The notes below the pieces were generated by a model. That model did not search any database and was not told the DNA's origin. It saw nothing but the letters and a program-made list of their open reading frames with translations. A DNA stretch of 64,000 bases, taken from contig JASGJH010000001.1 in the NCBI GenBank assembly GCA_047601445.1, forward strand, positions 3,456,001 through 3,520,000, read 5' to 3'. Made by a program: the position numbers and the translations under genes. Shown one piece after another: positions 39,495 through 49,991 of this stretch. This DNA comes from Myxococcales bacterium (GTDB lineage: Bacteria; Myxococcota_A; Polyangia; Polyangiales; DASUME01). Each line of letters starts with the position of its first letter. Position 1 is the stretch's first letter.

Positions 39495-41915
39495 ATGAAC
39501 GCCCTCTCCGCCCGTCTTCGCTCAGCAGCACCAGCACTCCTGGCGTCGCCGTCAGCCAACACCCCAACCGACAACTCGCCAACTCATTCGCGGCTCCGCA
39601 CACATTCCTGGCTCGCGCTGTCGCTGTGCGCTGCGCTGGCAGGCTGCAGCGGCGGTGGAACCGAGCGTGAAGGAAACACGCTCGACGCCGGCGGGGATAG
39701 TGGCTCCGACCCCGGGGATGGCGACTTCGATGGTGGGGATGACGGCGACGGTGGCGAGGTCGTCAACCAAATGCTGGTGCTGACGCCGGCCAACCCGACC
39801 CACACGCTCGACAAGCTTGACGCCGATCAGCTGCCCACGCTCGCGTTCACGGCCACGCTGACGCCGCCACGCGGCGAGATGTCCGCCGTGCGCTGGTCCT
39901 CGGATCACCCGGAGCTCGGCTCCATCGACGCAAGCGGCGTATTCAAGCCCTCAGGGGCGGCCGGCAGCGTAACCATCACGGCCAACGTGGGCTCCTTCAG
40001 CGCGTCCACCACCGTGAAGATCGTGATCAACGCCTCCGAAGAGGGCGATCACACGCTGACCATGGAGGGCGGTGCGGGTGGCATCGGTGGCGTGGGTGGC
40101 GAAGGTGGCGGCACGGCCATCACCGACCCTGCGGTGCGTGCGGCGCTCGACGCTTCCCCTACCATCGACGATCAGCTGAAGTGGCTCTACCCCTACGACG
40201 GCACCGTCTGGCCGCGCGGTTTGCCCGCGCCGCTGTTGCAGTGGCAGGCAGGCGCCAAGCCGCCGGTGGCCGCGCGCATCCGCATCGAAGTCGGCACCGA
40301 TTTCGTCTACACCGGCTACTTCGGACGTCCGAGCATGCTGGGCGCCGACAAGCCGCTCATCCGCCTGCCCATCCCGGCCAAGGTGTGGCGCAACGCGCTG
40401 TACTCGGGCGCCGAGATGAAGGTCTCGCTGGTCGTGGCCGGCAGTGACGGCGCAGGAGGCTACCTGGCCTTCGCTCCCTTCAAGAACCTGGAGTGGAAGG
40501 TCGCTCCTGGCTCGCTCAAGGGCACCGTCTACTACAACAGCTACGGCAGCAAGTTGGCCGAGCAGCTCGACGGCAAGAACGGCCGCTTCGGCGGCGCCAC
40601 GCTGGCGATCCGCGGCTCGTCCTACAACCCCGAGCTGATCGCGGGAGCGACCACCGACGACACCAGCGGCTGCCGCGTGTGTCACACGGTGTCGGGCGAC
40701 GGCTCGCTGCTGATGGTGCAGCAGGACAAGAAGGACAAGAACAACCTGGTGACGTCGGCCTACGACCTCACCAATGCCAACGTCGAGACCGTGCGTCCCG
40801 ATGCGGACAACGGCAAGTTCGGCTGGGCGGCGCTCTCGCCCGACGGCAAGATCGCGCTCGGCAATGCCGGACCGCCCGGCAGCAGCGGCGTCAACATGGC
40901 CAGCCTCGGCAGCAGCGCGCTGTATCGCGTGTCGGATGGCGCGGTGCTCTCCAGCCCGGGTCTCGCGGAGTTCGTGACCAGGGCTGCCACGCCCATGTTC
41001 TCGGTGGACGGCAGCCGCGTGGCCTTCAACTTCGACACGGGTCCTGGCAACGCCGACATCGCTGGCAACGGCAGCAGCCTGGTGATGATGAACATCGCCA
41101 AGACCGATGACACCACCTACTCCTTCACCAGCCCCACCAAGCTGTTCACGGCCACGGGCACCGATCGTCCCGGCTGGCCCTTCTTTTTGCCGGACGGCAG
41201 CGGCGTGGTGTTCGAGCTCGAGAAGGCGGTCGCCGTGGTCTACTACGATGGCGGCCCCCACAACGAGCCCTTCGAGACGCGCAACGGTGCTCGGGGCGAG
41301 CTCTGGTGGGCGGACCTCAACGGCACCGCGCACGCACTCGATAACCTGAACGGCACGGGCTACCTGCCGACCAACGGCCAGGGCCACGACCAAGACACCA
41401 CCCTGCAGTATGAGCCCACCGTCGCGCCCATCGTGGCGGGTGGCTACGCCTGGGTGGTGTTCACCAGCCGTCGTCTCTACGGCAACGTGGCCACGCGCGG
41501 CCCCTACGAGAGCGACCCGCGGGACTTCGACCTCACCAGCGGCAACACGGGCGGTCCCACCACCAAGAAGCTGTGGGTCGCGGCCATCGACATCCCGGCC
41601 AAACCCGGCACCGATCCCAGCCATCCGGCCTTCTATTTGCCGGCGCAGGAGCTGTTCGCGGGCAACTCGCGCGGCTTCTGGGTGCCCGATGCTTGCCACG
41701 AGAACGGCGCCACCTGCGAGAGTGGTGACGAGTGCTGCGGCGGCTACTGCCGTGCGAACGACCAGGGCGTCGCGGTGTGCATGGACGAGCTGCCTCCGGC
41801 GGTCTGCGCCCAGGAGTACGAGAACTGCAGCCAGGATTCGGATTGCTGCAGCTCCGACAGCGCGCCCCTGACTTGTATCGCCAATCGCTGCGCGCAGAGC
41901 CTCATCCTGCTGTAA
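39495..41915 (+). CDS. Large lipoprotein: Ig-like domain, TolB-like beta-propeller and Cys-rich C-terminus
   Basis: Lipobox LAGC; acidic DGG linker; LYPYDGTVWPRGL, GTVYYNSY, CRVCH, PD40-like repeats, WVVFTSRRLYGN, KKLWVAAID, DPSHPAFYLPAQE; two Cys-rich modules. Confidence 0.7.
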   Translation: MNALSARLRSAAPALLASPSANTPTDNSPTHSRLRTHSWLALSLCAALAGCSGGGTEREGNTLDAGGDSGSDPGDGDFDGGDDGDGGEVVNQMLVLTPANPTHTLDKLDADQLPTLAFTATLTPPRGEMSAVRWSSDHPELGSIDASGVFKPSGAAGSVTITANVGSFSASTTVKIVINASEEGDHTLTMEGGAGGIGGVGGEGGGTAITDPAVRAALDASPTIDDQLKWLYPYDGTVWPRGLPAPLLQWQAGAKPPVAARIRIEVGTDFVYTGYFGRPSMLGADKPLIRLPIPAKVWRNALYSGAEMKVSLVVAGSDGAGGYLAFAPFKNLEWKVAPGSLKGTVYYNSYGSKLAEQLDGKNGRFGGATLAIRGSSYNPELIAGATTDDTSGCRVCHTVSGDGSLLMVQQDKKDKNNLVTSAYDLTNANVETVRPDADNGKFGWAALSPDGKIALGNAGPPGSSGVNMASLGSSALYRVSDGAVLSSPGLAEFVTRAATPMFSVDGSRVAFNFDTGPGNADIAGNGSSLVMMNIAKTDDTTYSFTSPTKLFTATGTDRPGWPFFLPDGSGVVFELEKAVAVVYYDGGPHNEPFETRNGARGELWWADLNGTAHALDNLNGTGYLPTNGQGHDQDTTLQYEPTVAPIVAGGYAWVVFTSRRLYGNVATRGPYESDPRDFDLTSGNTGGPTTKKLWVAAIDIPAKPGTDPSHPAFYLPAQELFAGNSRGFWVPDACHENGATCESGDECCGGYCRANDQGVAVCMDELPPAVCAQEYENCSQDSDCCSSDSAPLTCIANRCAQSLILL

Positions 41916-41985
41916 AAAATCAAGTTGTAACGCAGCGTTACATGATTGGTTGGACCGCGTGGCCCGATATGTCAATGTCGGGGCC

Positions 41986-43587
41986 ATGCGCACGCCTTCG
42001 CCCGCTGAACCCGACGTCGAAACCCTGATCATCGGCACTGGCTTTGCCGGCCTCGGCATGGCCATCCGCCTGCAGTCGGAGGGCTTCTCGGACTTCGTCC
42101 TGATCGAGAAGGAACCCGAGATCGGCGGCACCTGGTTCGTGAACACCTATCCGGGCTGCGCCTGCGACGTGCAGTCGCACATGTACTCGTTCTCGTTCGA
42201 GCCCAACCCCAACTGGAGCCGGGAGTTCGCGAGCCAGCCCGAGATCCTGGCCTACCTCAAGCGCTGCACCGAGAAGTACGGGCTCCGTCCCAAGATCCGC
42301 TTCAGCACCCAGGCCGTGGGTGCCTCCTACGACGAGGCGCTGTGCCTGTGGCGGGTCGAGCTGGCGCGCACGGAAGACGTGGACCGCTACCTGGCGCAGC
42401 GCGGGCTGAAGCCTGGCGACACGCCCCCGCGCGACGATCCCGAGCGCCCCAAGACCCGCGTCATCACGGCGCGCGTGGTGATCTCCGCCATGGGCGGCCT
42501 ATCCACGCCGGCCTACCCGGCCCTCGAGGGACTCGAGCGCTTCAAGGGCAAGACCTTCCACTCGCAGCGCTGGGATCACGGCTACGACCTCACGGGCAAG
42601 CGTGTCGCGGTGATCGGCACCGGCGCCTCGGCCATTCAGTTCGTGCCCGCGATTCAGCCCAAGGCTGGCCGCATCGACGTGTACCAGCGCTCCGCCCCGT
42701 GGATCATGCCCAAGCCGGATCGAGCGATCAGCAAGGCCGAGCGCTGGCTGCACCGCAAACTTCCCGCGACACGCCTGGCCCGCCGCGCCGCGCTCTACGC
42801 CGCCCTGGAGAGCCGCGCCGTGGCCTTCGTGGTGGACCCGCGTTTGATGCGCTTCGGCGAGATCCCGGCCCGCATCTTCCGCCGCTTGCAGGTCAAGGAC
42901 CCGGCGCTCATGCGCAAGGTCACGCCCGACTACGAGATGGGCTGCAAGCGCGTGCTGCTCTCCAACGACTGGTACCCTGCGCTGCAGAAACCCAATGTCG
43001 ACCTGATCACCAGCGGCATCCGCGAGGTGCGCGAGCACAGCATCGTGGACGCCGAGGGCAACGAGCGCGAGGTGGACGCCATCATCTACGGCACGGGCTT
43101 CCGCATCGCCGACCTGATCCCGCGTGGGGTGATCGTCGGACGCGGTGGCAGGGATGTGGTGGACGGCTTCCGCTACGGTCCCGAGGCCTACAAGGGCAGT
43201 TCCATCGCGGGCTGTCCCAACCTATTCCTGCTGATCGGGCCGAATACCGGCCTCGGGCACAACTCCATCGTCTACATGATCGAGAGCCAGGTGCAGTACG
43301 TGCTCGGAGCGCTCAAGGCCATGCGTGAGGGGGGCCTGGCCGAGCTCGAGGTGCGCCACAGCGTACAGACGCAGTTCAACGACGAGCTCCAGGCTCGCTC
43401 CCACGGCACGATCTGGGAAGAAGGCGGTTGCTCGAGCTACTACCTCGACCCCCAGAGCGGGCGCAATATCGCGGTCTGGCCGGACTTTACCTTCAAGTTT
43501 CGCTGGCTGACCCGGCGCTTCGATCTCGAGAACTACCAGGGACGGGCCAAGGCCAACTTGCCTTTGGCGGTGGCGGCGGTTCCGTAG
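41986..43587 (+). CDS. Flavin-containing (Baeyer-Villiger-type) monooxygenase
   Basis: IIGTGFAG, GGTWFVNTYPGCACDV, fingerprint FKGKTFHSQRWD, second Rossmann VIGTGASAIQ, GTGF. Confidence 0.93.
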   Translation: MRTPSPAEPDVETLIIGTGFAGLGMAIRLQSEGFSDFVLIEKEPEIGGTWFVNTYPGCACDVQSHMYSFSFEPNPNWSREFASQPEILAYLKRCTEKYGLRPKIRFSTQAVGASYDEALCLWRVELARTEDVDRYLAQRGLKPGDTPPRDDPERPKTRVITARVVISAMGGLSTPAYPALEGLERFKGKTFHSQRWDHGYDLTGKRVAVIGTGASAIQFVPAIQPKAGRIDVYQRSAPWIMPKPDRAISKAERWLHRKLPATRLARRAALYAALESRAVAFVVDPRLMRFGEIPARIFRRLQVKDPALMRKVTPDYEMGCKRVLLSNDWYPALQKPNVDLITSGIREVREHSIVDAEGNEREVDAIIYGTGFRIADLIPRGVIVGRGGRDVVDGFRYGPEAYKGSSIAGCPNLFLLIGPNTGLGHNSIVYMIESQVQYVLGALKAMREGGLAELEVRHSVQTQFNDELQARSHGTIWEEGGCSSYYLDPQSGRNIAVWPDFTFKFRWLTRRFDLENYQGRAKANLPLAVAAVP

Positions 43588-43601
43588 TACCCCGCGGGGA
43601 G

Positions 43602-44852
43602 ATGGATCCCTTCGGCCAGCAGGTCCCGCTCTTCGCCGTCCTTCCCTTCGGTCTGCTCCTCGCCTCGATCGCGATCTTTCCGCTCGCCGCCGGGCACTGG
43701 TGGGAGTCGAACCGCAACAAGGGCCTGGTGGTGCTCCTGCTCGCGGCGCCGGTGGCGGTGTACTTGGGTAATGCGTACCCCGACGGCCTCTGGCACAGCG
43801 GTCGCGAGTACCTGTCGTTCTTGGCGCTGTTGGGCTCGCTCTACACCATCGCGGGCGGCATCCATCTCGCCGGGGATCTGCGGGCCTCACCGCGCAACAA
43901 CACCATCATCCTCGGACTGGGCGCGCTGATCGCGAATCTGATCGGCACCACGGGCGCCAGCATGCTGTTGATTCGGGTGCTCCTGAAGACCAACAGCGAG
44001 CGCAAGCACGTGGCGCACACGCCGTTCTTCTTCATCCTGATCGTGTCGAACTGCGGCGGTCTCTTGACCCCGCTCGGCGATCCTCCGCTCTTTCTGGGCT
44101 ATCTGCGCGGTGTGCCGTTCACTTGGACGCTGAGTCTGTTCCCTTACTGGCTGCTCGCCATCGTTTACTTGCTCGCCCTGTACTACCTGGTCGACCTGCG
44201 CGCGTACCGGGCCGAAGGGGCGCGCGACCTGGCGCGAGACATGACCGAAGTACAACCGCTGCGCGTGGGCGGACTCGTCAACGTGCTGCTGCTCGCGGGC
44301 GTGATCGGGGCCATCTTCCTGGACTCGCCTTACCGCGAGCTCGCGATGACCGCGCTGGCCGTGGTGAGCGTCAGGCTGGCTCCGCACCAGCCGCGTGAGC
44401 AAAACAACTTCAGCTACGGGCCCATCATCGAGGTCGCCGTATTGTTCGCCGGGATCTTCGTCACCATGGTGCCGGCCTTGGCGTTGCTCGAGACGCGCGG
44501 AGCAGAGCTGGGTCTACATGCGCCGTGGCAATTCTTCCTGGTCACGGGCGCGCTCTCCTCGGTGCTCGACAATGCGCCGACCTACCTGACCTTCCTGTCC
44601 GCGGTGCAGGGCATGAAGCTCGAGGATCAAATCGTGGGCATACCGCAGGTGTACCTGACCGCGATCAGCGTGGGCGCGGTGTTCATGGGCGCCAACACGT
44701 ACATCGGGAATGGGCCCAACTTCATGGTCAAAGCCATCGCGGAGGAGAGCGGTGTGAAAATGCCGTCGTTCTTCGGCTACGCGGGCAAGGCGGTGCTGGC
44801 GCTGAGTCCGATCTACGTGGCGGTGCTGCTCTTGCTGGGACGAGCGGGCTGA
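43602..44852 (+). CDS. Ion-transporter superfamily putative Na+/H+ antiporter
   Basis: GTTGASMLLIR, FFILIVSNCGGLLTPLGDPPLFLG, SSVLDNAPTYL, GANTYIGNGPNFMVK. Confidence 0.85.
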   Translation: MDPFGQQVPLFAVLPFGLLLASIAIFPLAAGHWWESNRNKGLVVLLLAAPVAVYLGNAYPDGLWHSGREYLSFLALLGSLYTIAGGIHLAGDLRASPRNNTIILGLGALIANLIGTTGASMLLIRVLLKTNSERKHVAHTPFFFILIVSNCGGLLTPLGDPPLFLGYLRGVPFTWTLSLFPYWLLAIVYLLALYYLVDLRAYRAEGARDLARDMTEVQPLRVGGLVNVLLLAGVIGAIFLDSPYRELAMTALAVVSVRLAPHQPREQNNFSYGPIIEVAVLFAGIFVTMVPALALLETRGAELGLHAPWQFFLVTGALSSVLDNAPTYLTFLSAVQGMKLEDQIVGIPQVYLTAISVGAVFMGANTYIGNGPNFMVKAIAEESGVKMPSFFGYAGKAVLALSPIYVAVLLLLGRAG

Positions 44853-44865
44853 GATCGGCGCGAGT

Positions 44866-46231
44866 TCAAGCCGCGGCGAGGTCGAGTTCCAGCACCAGGG
44901 CAGCCCCCGCTTGCGAGGGCTCCACGAAGGCGCGTCCACCGTGGGCCAAGGCCACCTCGCGCACGATGGCCAAACCGAGTCCCGCCCCGGAGTCGCTGTG
45001 CTTCAAGCGGTGGAAGGGCTCGAACACGTGCTCGCGTTCCGCCGTAGGAATCCCCGGACCGTCGTCCTTCACGCGCAGCGTGAGCAAGCTCGGCCCACGC
45101 TCGATCTCCACTTGCACGCGGTGCGCAGCGTACTTGATGGCGTTGGAGAGGAGATTATCGAGGGCCTGGCGCAAGGCGTGAGGACGCACGCGCGCCCAGA
45201 CCTCCGGCTCGGCGCGCAGCTCGAGATCCAGGTGGCGCAGCTCGCTGGCGGCTGTGATTTGGCCCAAGGCGCTGCGGGCGATCTCCGCCACGTCGCAGCT
45301 CTGTCGAGGCTCCGTCTGATGAGCCACCGCCGCGGTGTCGAGCAGGCGTGAGGCGAGCGCGGCGAGGCGGTCCACCTCCACCCGCGTGTCCGCGAGCGCG
45401 GCCTTGAGCTCGCTCATGGGGCGTTCACGGCGCAGCGCCAGGTCGAGGCTCGTGCGCATCAACGTGAGTGGAGTGCGCAGCTCGTGCGCGGCGTCGGCCA
45501 GCAAGCGCTCCTTGCCGTCGCGGGCTTGCTTCAGCGCGAAGGTGGCCTGCGTCAGCACGGCGCGTAGGGCGGACAGCTCGTCGTGGGCCGCCTCGGGGGT
45601 GAGCGTATGCTCGAGGTTGCCCTTGCGCAGCGCATCCACGTGGACCGAGAGCTCGGCCAGACGTCGTCGCAGGGATCGCCCTTGCCAGACCTGGAACAGG
45701 ACCAGCGACAGGGCGGCCACCATCAGCGCGCCGAGCGAGAGGCGGCGCGAGAATCAACAGCGCGGAATCGACCTGGGCCAGGGGGGCGCTCAGGCGCAGG
45801 GTGTAGGGCTCGCCGTTGGGCGCGCGCACGGTGACGGTCAGGGTCCGCTCGCGCACGCCCCCGTGCTCGCGCGTGGCGAGCACGGGGGCTGCGCCCGGGG
45901 TACCGGGGAGCAAGCGTTCGTGGGGCGGCGCAGCCTTGGCCAGCGGCGGATAGTGCATGACCTCGCGGCCGTCGGGTCCGAACAGCACGCCGTCCGGGGC
46001 GAAGGCGCGCACGCTCTCCACGAGCGGCGAGCTCGACATGTGCAAGTGCGGACGTCGCCCAGGGCCGTCGAACAAGCTCACGCTCTCGACCGCTGCCTGT
46101 GCGAGGAGTGCTTGATCCAGGGAGCGCTCGAGGCCGAACTTGAACCAGGCATCCGCGCCGAACAGAACCGTGGCCCCGACCAGCGCGGGCAAGACCGCAC
46201 CCGAGAGCCAGAGCCGCGTGGCCAGTCGCAC
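44866..46231 (-). CDS. Two-component sensor histidine kinase, +1 frameshift near 45750
   Basis: N-terminal TM and periplasmic part (VRLATRLWLSG...) in one frame; second TM, HAMP, H-box DAAHELRTPL, NAIKY, DDGPG and GLGL in the next frame. Confidence 0.85.
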
Positions 46232-46233
46232 GC

Positions 46234-46917
46234 TCAGGCCCCTGTTCCGCGCGGTGCCATGCGGTAACCCATGCCACGCACCGCGGCGATCTCGACATCG
46301 CCCGCCCCGACCTCGGCCAGCTTGTTGCGCAGGTAGCCGATGTACACGTCGACCACGTTCTGCGTGCGAGTGAAGTCGCTGCCCCAGGCGGAGCTCAACA
46401 GGTGGGTGCGCGTCAGCACCTCCCCTGGACGCGCGAAGAACTCCGAGGCCAGCGAGAACTCGCGGGCCGTCAGCACGCATTCACCGCTCGGTCCACGTAG
46501 CGTGCGGCGCGGCACATCGAGCTCGGCCGAGTGGAAGCGGCGCGCGCTGGGGCCGCCGCCGGCACGCCGTTGCAGCGCCTCGAGACGGGCCAAGAGTTCC
46601 TCGAAGTCGAAGGGCTTCACCAAATAGTCATCGGCGCCCGCGCGCAGACCCGTCACGCGCTCGCCAACCGTGCCGCGCGCGGTGAGCATCAGCACCGGTG
46701 TGAGCAGGCCGCTGTCGCGCCAGCGGCGCAGCACCGAGATGCCGTCCGCGTCGGGTAGGCTCCAGTCGAGCACCACCACGTCGTAGGCCACCGAACGCGC
46801 CTGGGCCTCGGCCTCCTTGCCGGACGCGCACACGTCGACCTGGTGTCCTTCTTCGGCCAGCCCGCGTTGGAGCATCTGGGCCATCCGGGGTTCGTCTTCG
46901 ACGACTAGGAGCCTCAT
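46234..46917 (-). CDS. OmpR-family response regulator
   Basis: LVVEDE, LDWSLP, MLTAR, GADDYLVKPF, LTAREF, NVVDVYIGYLRNK, VRGMGY. Confidence 0.95.
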   Translation of the reverse strand: MRLLVVEDEPRMAQMLQRGLAEEGHQVDVCASGKEAEAQARSVAYDVVVLDWSLPDADGISVLRRWRDSGLLTPVLMLTARGTVGERVTGLRAGADDYLVKPFDFEELLARLEALQRRAGGGPSARRFHSAELDVPRRTLRGPSGECVLTAREFSLASEFFARPGEVLTRTHLLSSAWGSDFTRTQNVVDVYIGYLRNKLAEVGAGDVEIAAVRGMGYRMAPRGTGA

Positions 46918-49900
46918 GGTGTGCGACCGCGCCCTTTCAACGCGCCTTTCAGCGCGCCGCTCAGCAAAGGATACAACACCGGCAGGACGAACAGCGTAAG
47001 CAGGGTCGACGTGAACAGGCCGCCGACCACGACGGTGGCGAGCGGACGCTGGACTTCGGCCCCGATCCCGCGAGAAATCATCATGGGAACGAAGCCGAGG
47101 GCCGCCACCAGTGCGGTCATCAGAACCGGGCGTGCGCGCTCTCGTGCGGCCGTCCGCGCGACCTCCTCGGGGTCGGCCTTACCTTGCTCGAGCTCGAGCG
47201 CGCGGGCCATCCAGACCACGCCGTTCATCACCGCGATGCCGGTGAGCGCGATGAAGCCGACGGCGGCGGGCAACGAGATCGGCATGTCGCGGAGGGCCAG
47301 CAAGAGCACGCCGCCCACAGCCGCCAGGGGCACCAGGGAGAACACCGTGCAGGCCGCGCGCAGATTCTTGAACGTCAGAGTGAGCAGCGCGAGCACCAAC
47401 CCCAGCACACCAGGCACCAACCAGGCGAGCTGGCGGCTCGCGGCGGTGAGGCTCGCGTATTGCCCGCCCCATTCGAGGTGATACCCGGGCGGGAGCTTGC
47501 TGGCGGAGGCGGCCGCACGTTGCGCCGCGTGCACCACGGTCGCGAGGTCGGCGCCACGCACGTTGAACCCGATAATCAAGCGACGCTGCCCGTTGCGCCG
47601 ATTGATCAGGCCTGGCGTGGACCCTTGCTCGAGCTCCGCCACCTGCGCTAGCGGCACGCTGCCGCCCTGCGGAAGCGGCAAGGGTAGGCTCGCCATGGCA
47701 GCAGCGTCGGGGGAGCCCGCCAGCAAGAGGCGCAGGGGCACGCGCAGAGGGCCCTGCCAGGTCTGACCGAACTCCAGGCCCACACGCACCGCGCTGGCGG
47801 TCGACAATACGTCTTGCGCGCGGAGTCCCACTTGCGCCGTGGCCACTGCGCGCGGTCGAACCGTGAGGAGCGGCACGGCGGGTGGCGCCAGCACGCGCAC
47901 GTCGGCGGCACCCGTCACGCCCTTGAACGCCGCTGCGAGCAGGTCGGCCTGCCGCCGCAGCTCGCTCAGGTCCTCGCCGTAGAGGCTCACTGCCACGTCG
48001 GTGACCGCGCCCCCCAGCAGCTCGTTGAAGCGCATCTGAATCGGCTGCGTGAACGACGGTTCTCCACCGGGTGCCTCCGCCGCGAGCACGCGCTCCATGT
48101 CGCGCACCAGCTCGTCACGCCCGAACCCGGCACGCCAGGCCGTGTGCGGCGCGAGCTTCACGAAGACATCGGCTTGCTCGAAACCCATGATGTCCGTGGC
48201 CACGGCGGGACTCCCGATGCGGGTCACCACCTGCGTCACCTCGGGCACCCCAGCGCGCAAGACTCGCTCCAGCTGCAGGGAGTCCGCGACGGACCGCTCG
48301 AGACTGATGTCCGGTGCCCGCGTGGTCTGAATCACCATGTCGCCCTCATCGAGCTGCGGCGTGAACTCCACGCCGCGCCGCTGCCCGACGAACCACCCGA
48401 GCGAGACCAGTCCCAGCGTCGCCAGCACCACGGGCCAGCGGCGCCCGAGCAACCGGCTCAGCGCGGCTCCGTGGACCCGCTCCAGCCCGCGCACGATCCA
48501 TGGCTCGTGCGCGGGCACATGGCACGGCCCGAGCCAACTGGCGAGCAAGGCGGGCACCCAGGTGAGCGACAGGACGAGCGCGAACAGCAGCGCCAGCACG
48601 ACCGTGATGGCCATCGGCCGGAACAACTTGCCGTCGGTGCCTGTCAAGGCGAGCACCGGCACGTAGACCATCAGGATGACCAAGACCGAGAAGAACACCG
48701 GACGCGCCGAGCGTCTCGTCACGTCGAGTACGTGGGCGCGCCAGCGCTCCCCGGCCTCGGGCGGGGCCGCGTGAAACACGCCCTCCACCAGCACGATGGC
48801 CCCGTCGACCAGCAAGCCGAAATCGAGCGCGCCCAGGCTCATCAGGTTTCCGGGCATGCCGCCGAGCGACATCACTGCGGTGGCGAAAACCATCGAAAGC
48901 GGGATCACGCTGGCGGCGATGAGGCCCGCCCGAAACGAGCCCAGGAACACGAGCAACACGGCCATCACCAGGCTGCCACCCTCGGCCAGGTTGGTGAACA
49001 CCGTGCGGAGCGAGCCGCGCACGAGCTCGCTGCGATCGTAGACCACGTCGACCCGCACGTCCTCGGGCAGCGCCGCGCGCACTTCGGGCATCCGCGCGTG
49101 CACCCGCTCGAGCACCTCGAGGGCGTTCTCGTCGCGCAGCATCTGCGCCATCAAGTACACCGTCTCGCCGCGACCGTTGGCGGTCGCCGCGCCGAGCCGC
49201 AGCACGGTCCCTTCGCGCACCTCACCGAGATCGCGCGCGCGCACCATGGGCTGAGCGACCACGGCGTCTGCCAACTCCGAGGCCGTACGCGGCCGGGCTT
49301 GAGAGCGCAACAGGACCTGCCCTCCGCGCGCCGCCACCGCGCCGCCCGCAGCCACGCCCACCGCGTCGCGCAGCGCGAGCTCGAGTTCACGCAAAGGCAG
49401 ACCGCGCGCAGCGAGGGCACTCGGCTCGACCACCACGTCCAGGGTGCGCTGGGCCCCACCCCACGAGTTCACCTCCACGATACCTGCCACCGATTTCAGC
49501 AGCGGTGCGACGTGCAACGTGGCCAACTCCAAGAGCTCGACGGGAGTGCGGGACGCGGAGGACAGCGTGAGATGATAGACCTCGCCCAAACCTCCGCTCA
49601 GCGGCGCGATCGCCGGCGCTCTCACGTCGGGAGGAAGCGGCGCGGAGACCAGGCGCTCACTGACCATCTGGCGCGCCCGCCAGGGATCCACCGCGTCATC
49701 GAACACGACCGTGATCGATGAGATGCCGTAGCGCGAGATGCTGCGCTGCTCCGTGATCCCCGGCAACCCCGACAACGCCACCTCGAGCGGACGCGTTACG
49801 CTGAGCTCCACCTCCTCGGGCGAGAATCCGCTCGCCGTGGTGAGCACCACGACCTGGTTGTTGGTGAGGTCCGGCAACGCGTCGAGGGGCAAGCGCAGCG

Positions 49901-49991
49901 CTGGCCACAGCGCGATCAGCGCCGCCAGCAGCGTGCCCACGAGCACCAGCCCGCGCCGCTGCACGGCGAACTGCGTGAGTCCTGCGATCAC
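46914..49991 (-). CDS. CusA/CzcA-family heavy-metal RND efflux permease
   Basis: GTGA overlap with the MFP gene; LDALPDLT, SPEEVE, YDRS, GNLMSLGALDFGLLVDGAIVLVE, GKLFRPMA, QPIQMRFNEL, RPVLMTALVAALGFVPM...GAEVQRPLATVVVGG. Confidence 0.93.
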   Translation of the reverse strand: MIAGLTQFAVQRRGLVLVGTLLAALIALWPALRLPLDALPDLTNNQVVVLTTASGFSPEEVELSVTRPLEVALSGLPGITEQRSISRYGISSITVVFDDAVDPWRARQMVSERLVSAPLPPDVRAPAIAPLSGGLGEVYHLTLSSASRTPVELLELATLHVAPLLKSVAGIVEVNSWGGAQRTLDVVVEPSALAARGLPLRELELALRDAVGVAAGGAVAARGGQVLLRSQARPRTASELADAVVAQPMVRARDLGEVREGTVLRLGAATANGRGETVYLMAQMLRDENALEVLERVHARMPEVRAALPEDVRVDVVYDRSELVRGSLRTVFTNLAEGGSLVMAVLLVFLGSFRAGLIAASVIPLSMVFATAVMSLGGMPGNLMSLGALDFGLLVDGAIVLVEGVFHAAPPEAGERWRAHVLDVTRRSARPVFFSVLVILMVYVPVLALTGTDGKLFRPMAITVVLALLFALVLSLTWVPALLASWLGPCHVPAHEPWIVRGLERVHGAALSRLLGRRWPVVLATLGLVSLGWFVGQRRGVEFTPQLDEGDMVIQTTRAPDISLERSVADSLQLERVLRAGVPEVTQVVTRIGSPAVATDIMGFEQADVFVKLAPHTAWRAGFGRDELVRDMERVLAAEAPGGEPSFTQPIQMRFNELLGGAVTDVAVSLYGEDLSELRRQADLLAAAFKGVTGAADVRVLAPPAVPLLTVRPRAVATAQVGLRAQDVLSTASAVRVGLEFGQTWQGPLRVPLRLLLAGSPDAAAMASLPLPLPQGGSVPLAQVAELEQGSTPGLINRRNGQRRLIIGFNVRGADLATVVHAAQRAAASASKLPPGYHLEWGGQYASLTAASRQLAWLVPGVLGLVLALLTLTFKNLRAACTVFSLVPLAAVGGVLLLALRDMPISLPAAVGFIALTGIAVMNGVVWMARALELEQGKADPEEVARTAARERARPVLMTALVAALGFVPMMISRGIGAEVQRPLATVVVGGLFTSTLLTLFVLPVLYPLLSGALKGALKGRGRTP

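Noticed and set aside
39951..42146. Long antisense or alternative-frame ORFs (e.g. 39951-42146, 6126-7811, 47814-49721, 7928-9595, 62915-63994)
   Set aside because: Shadow ORFs expected in high-GC DNA; they overlap genes with clear family motifs and have none of their own.
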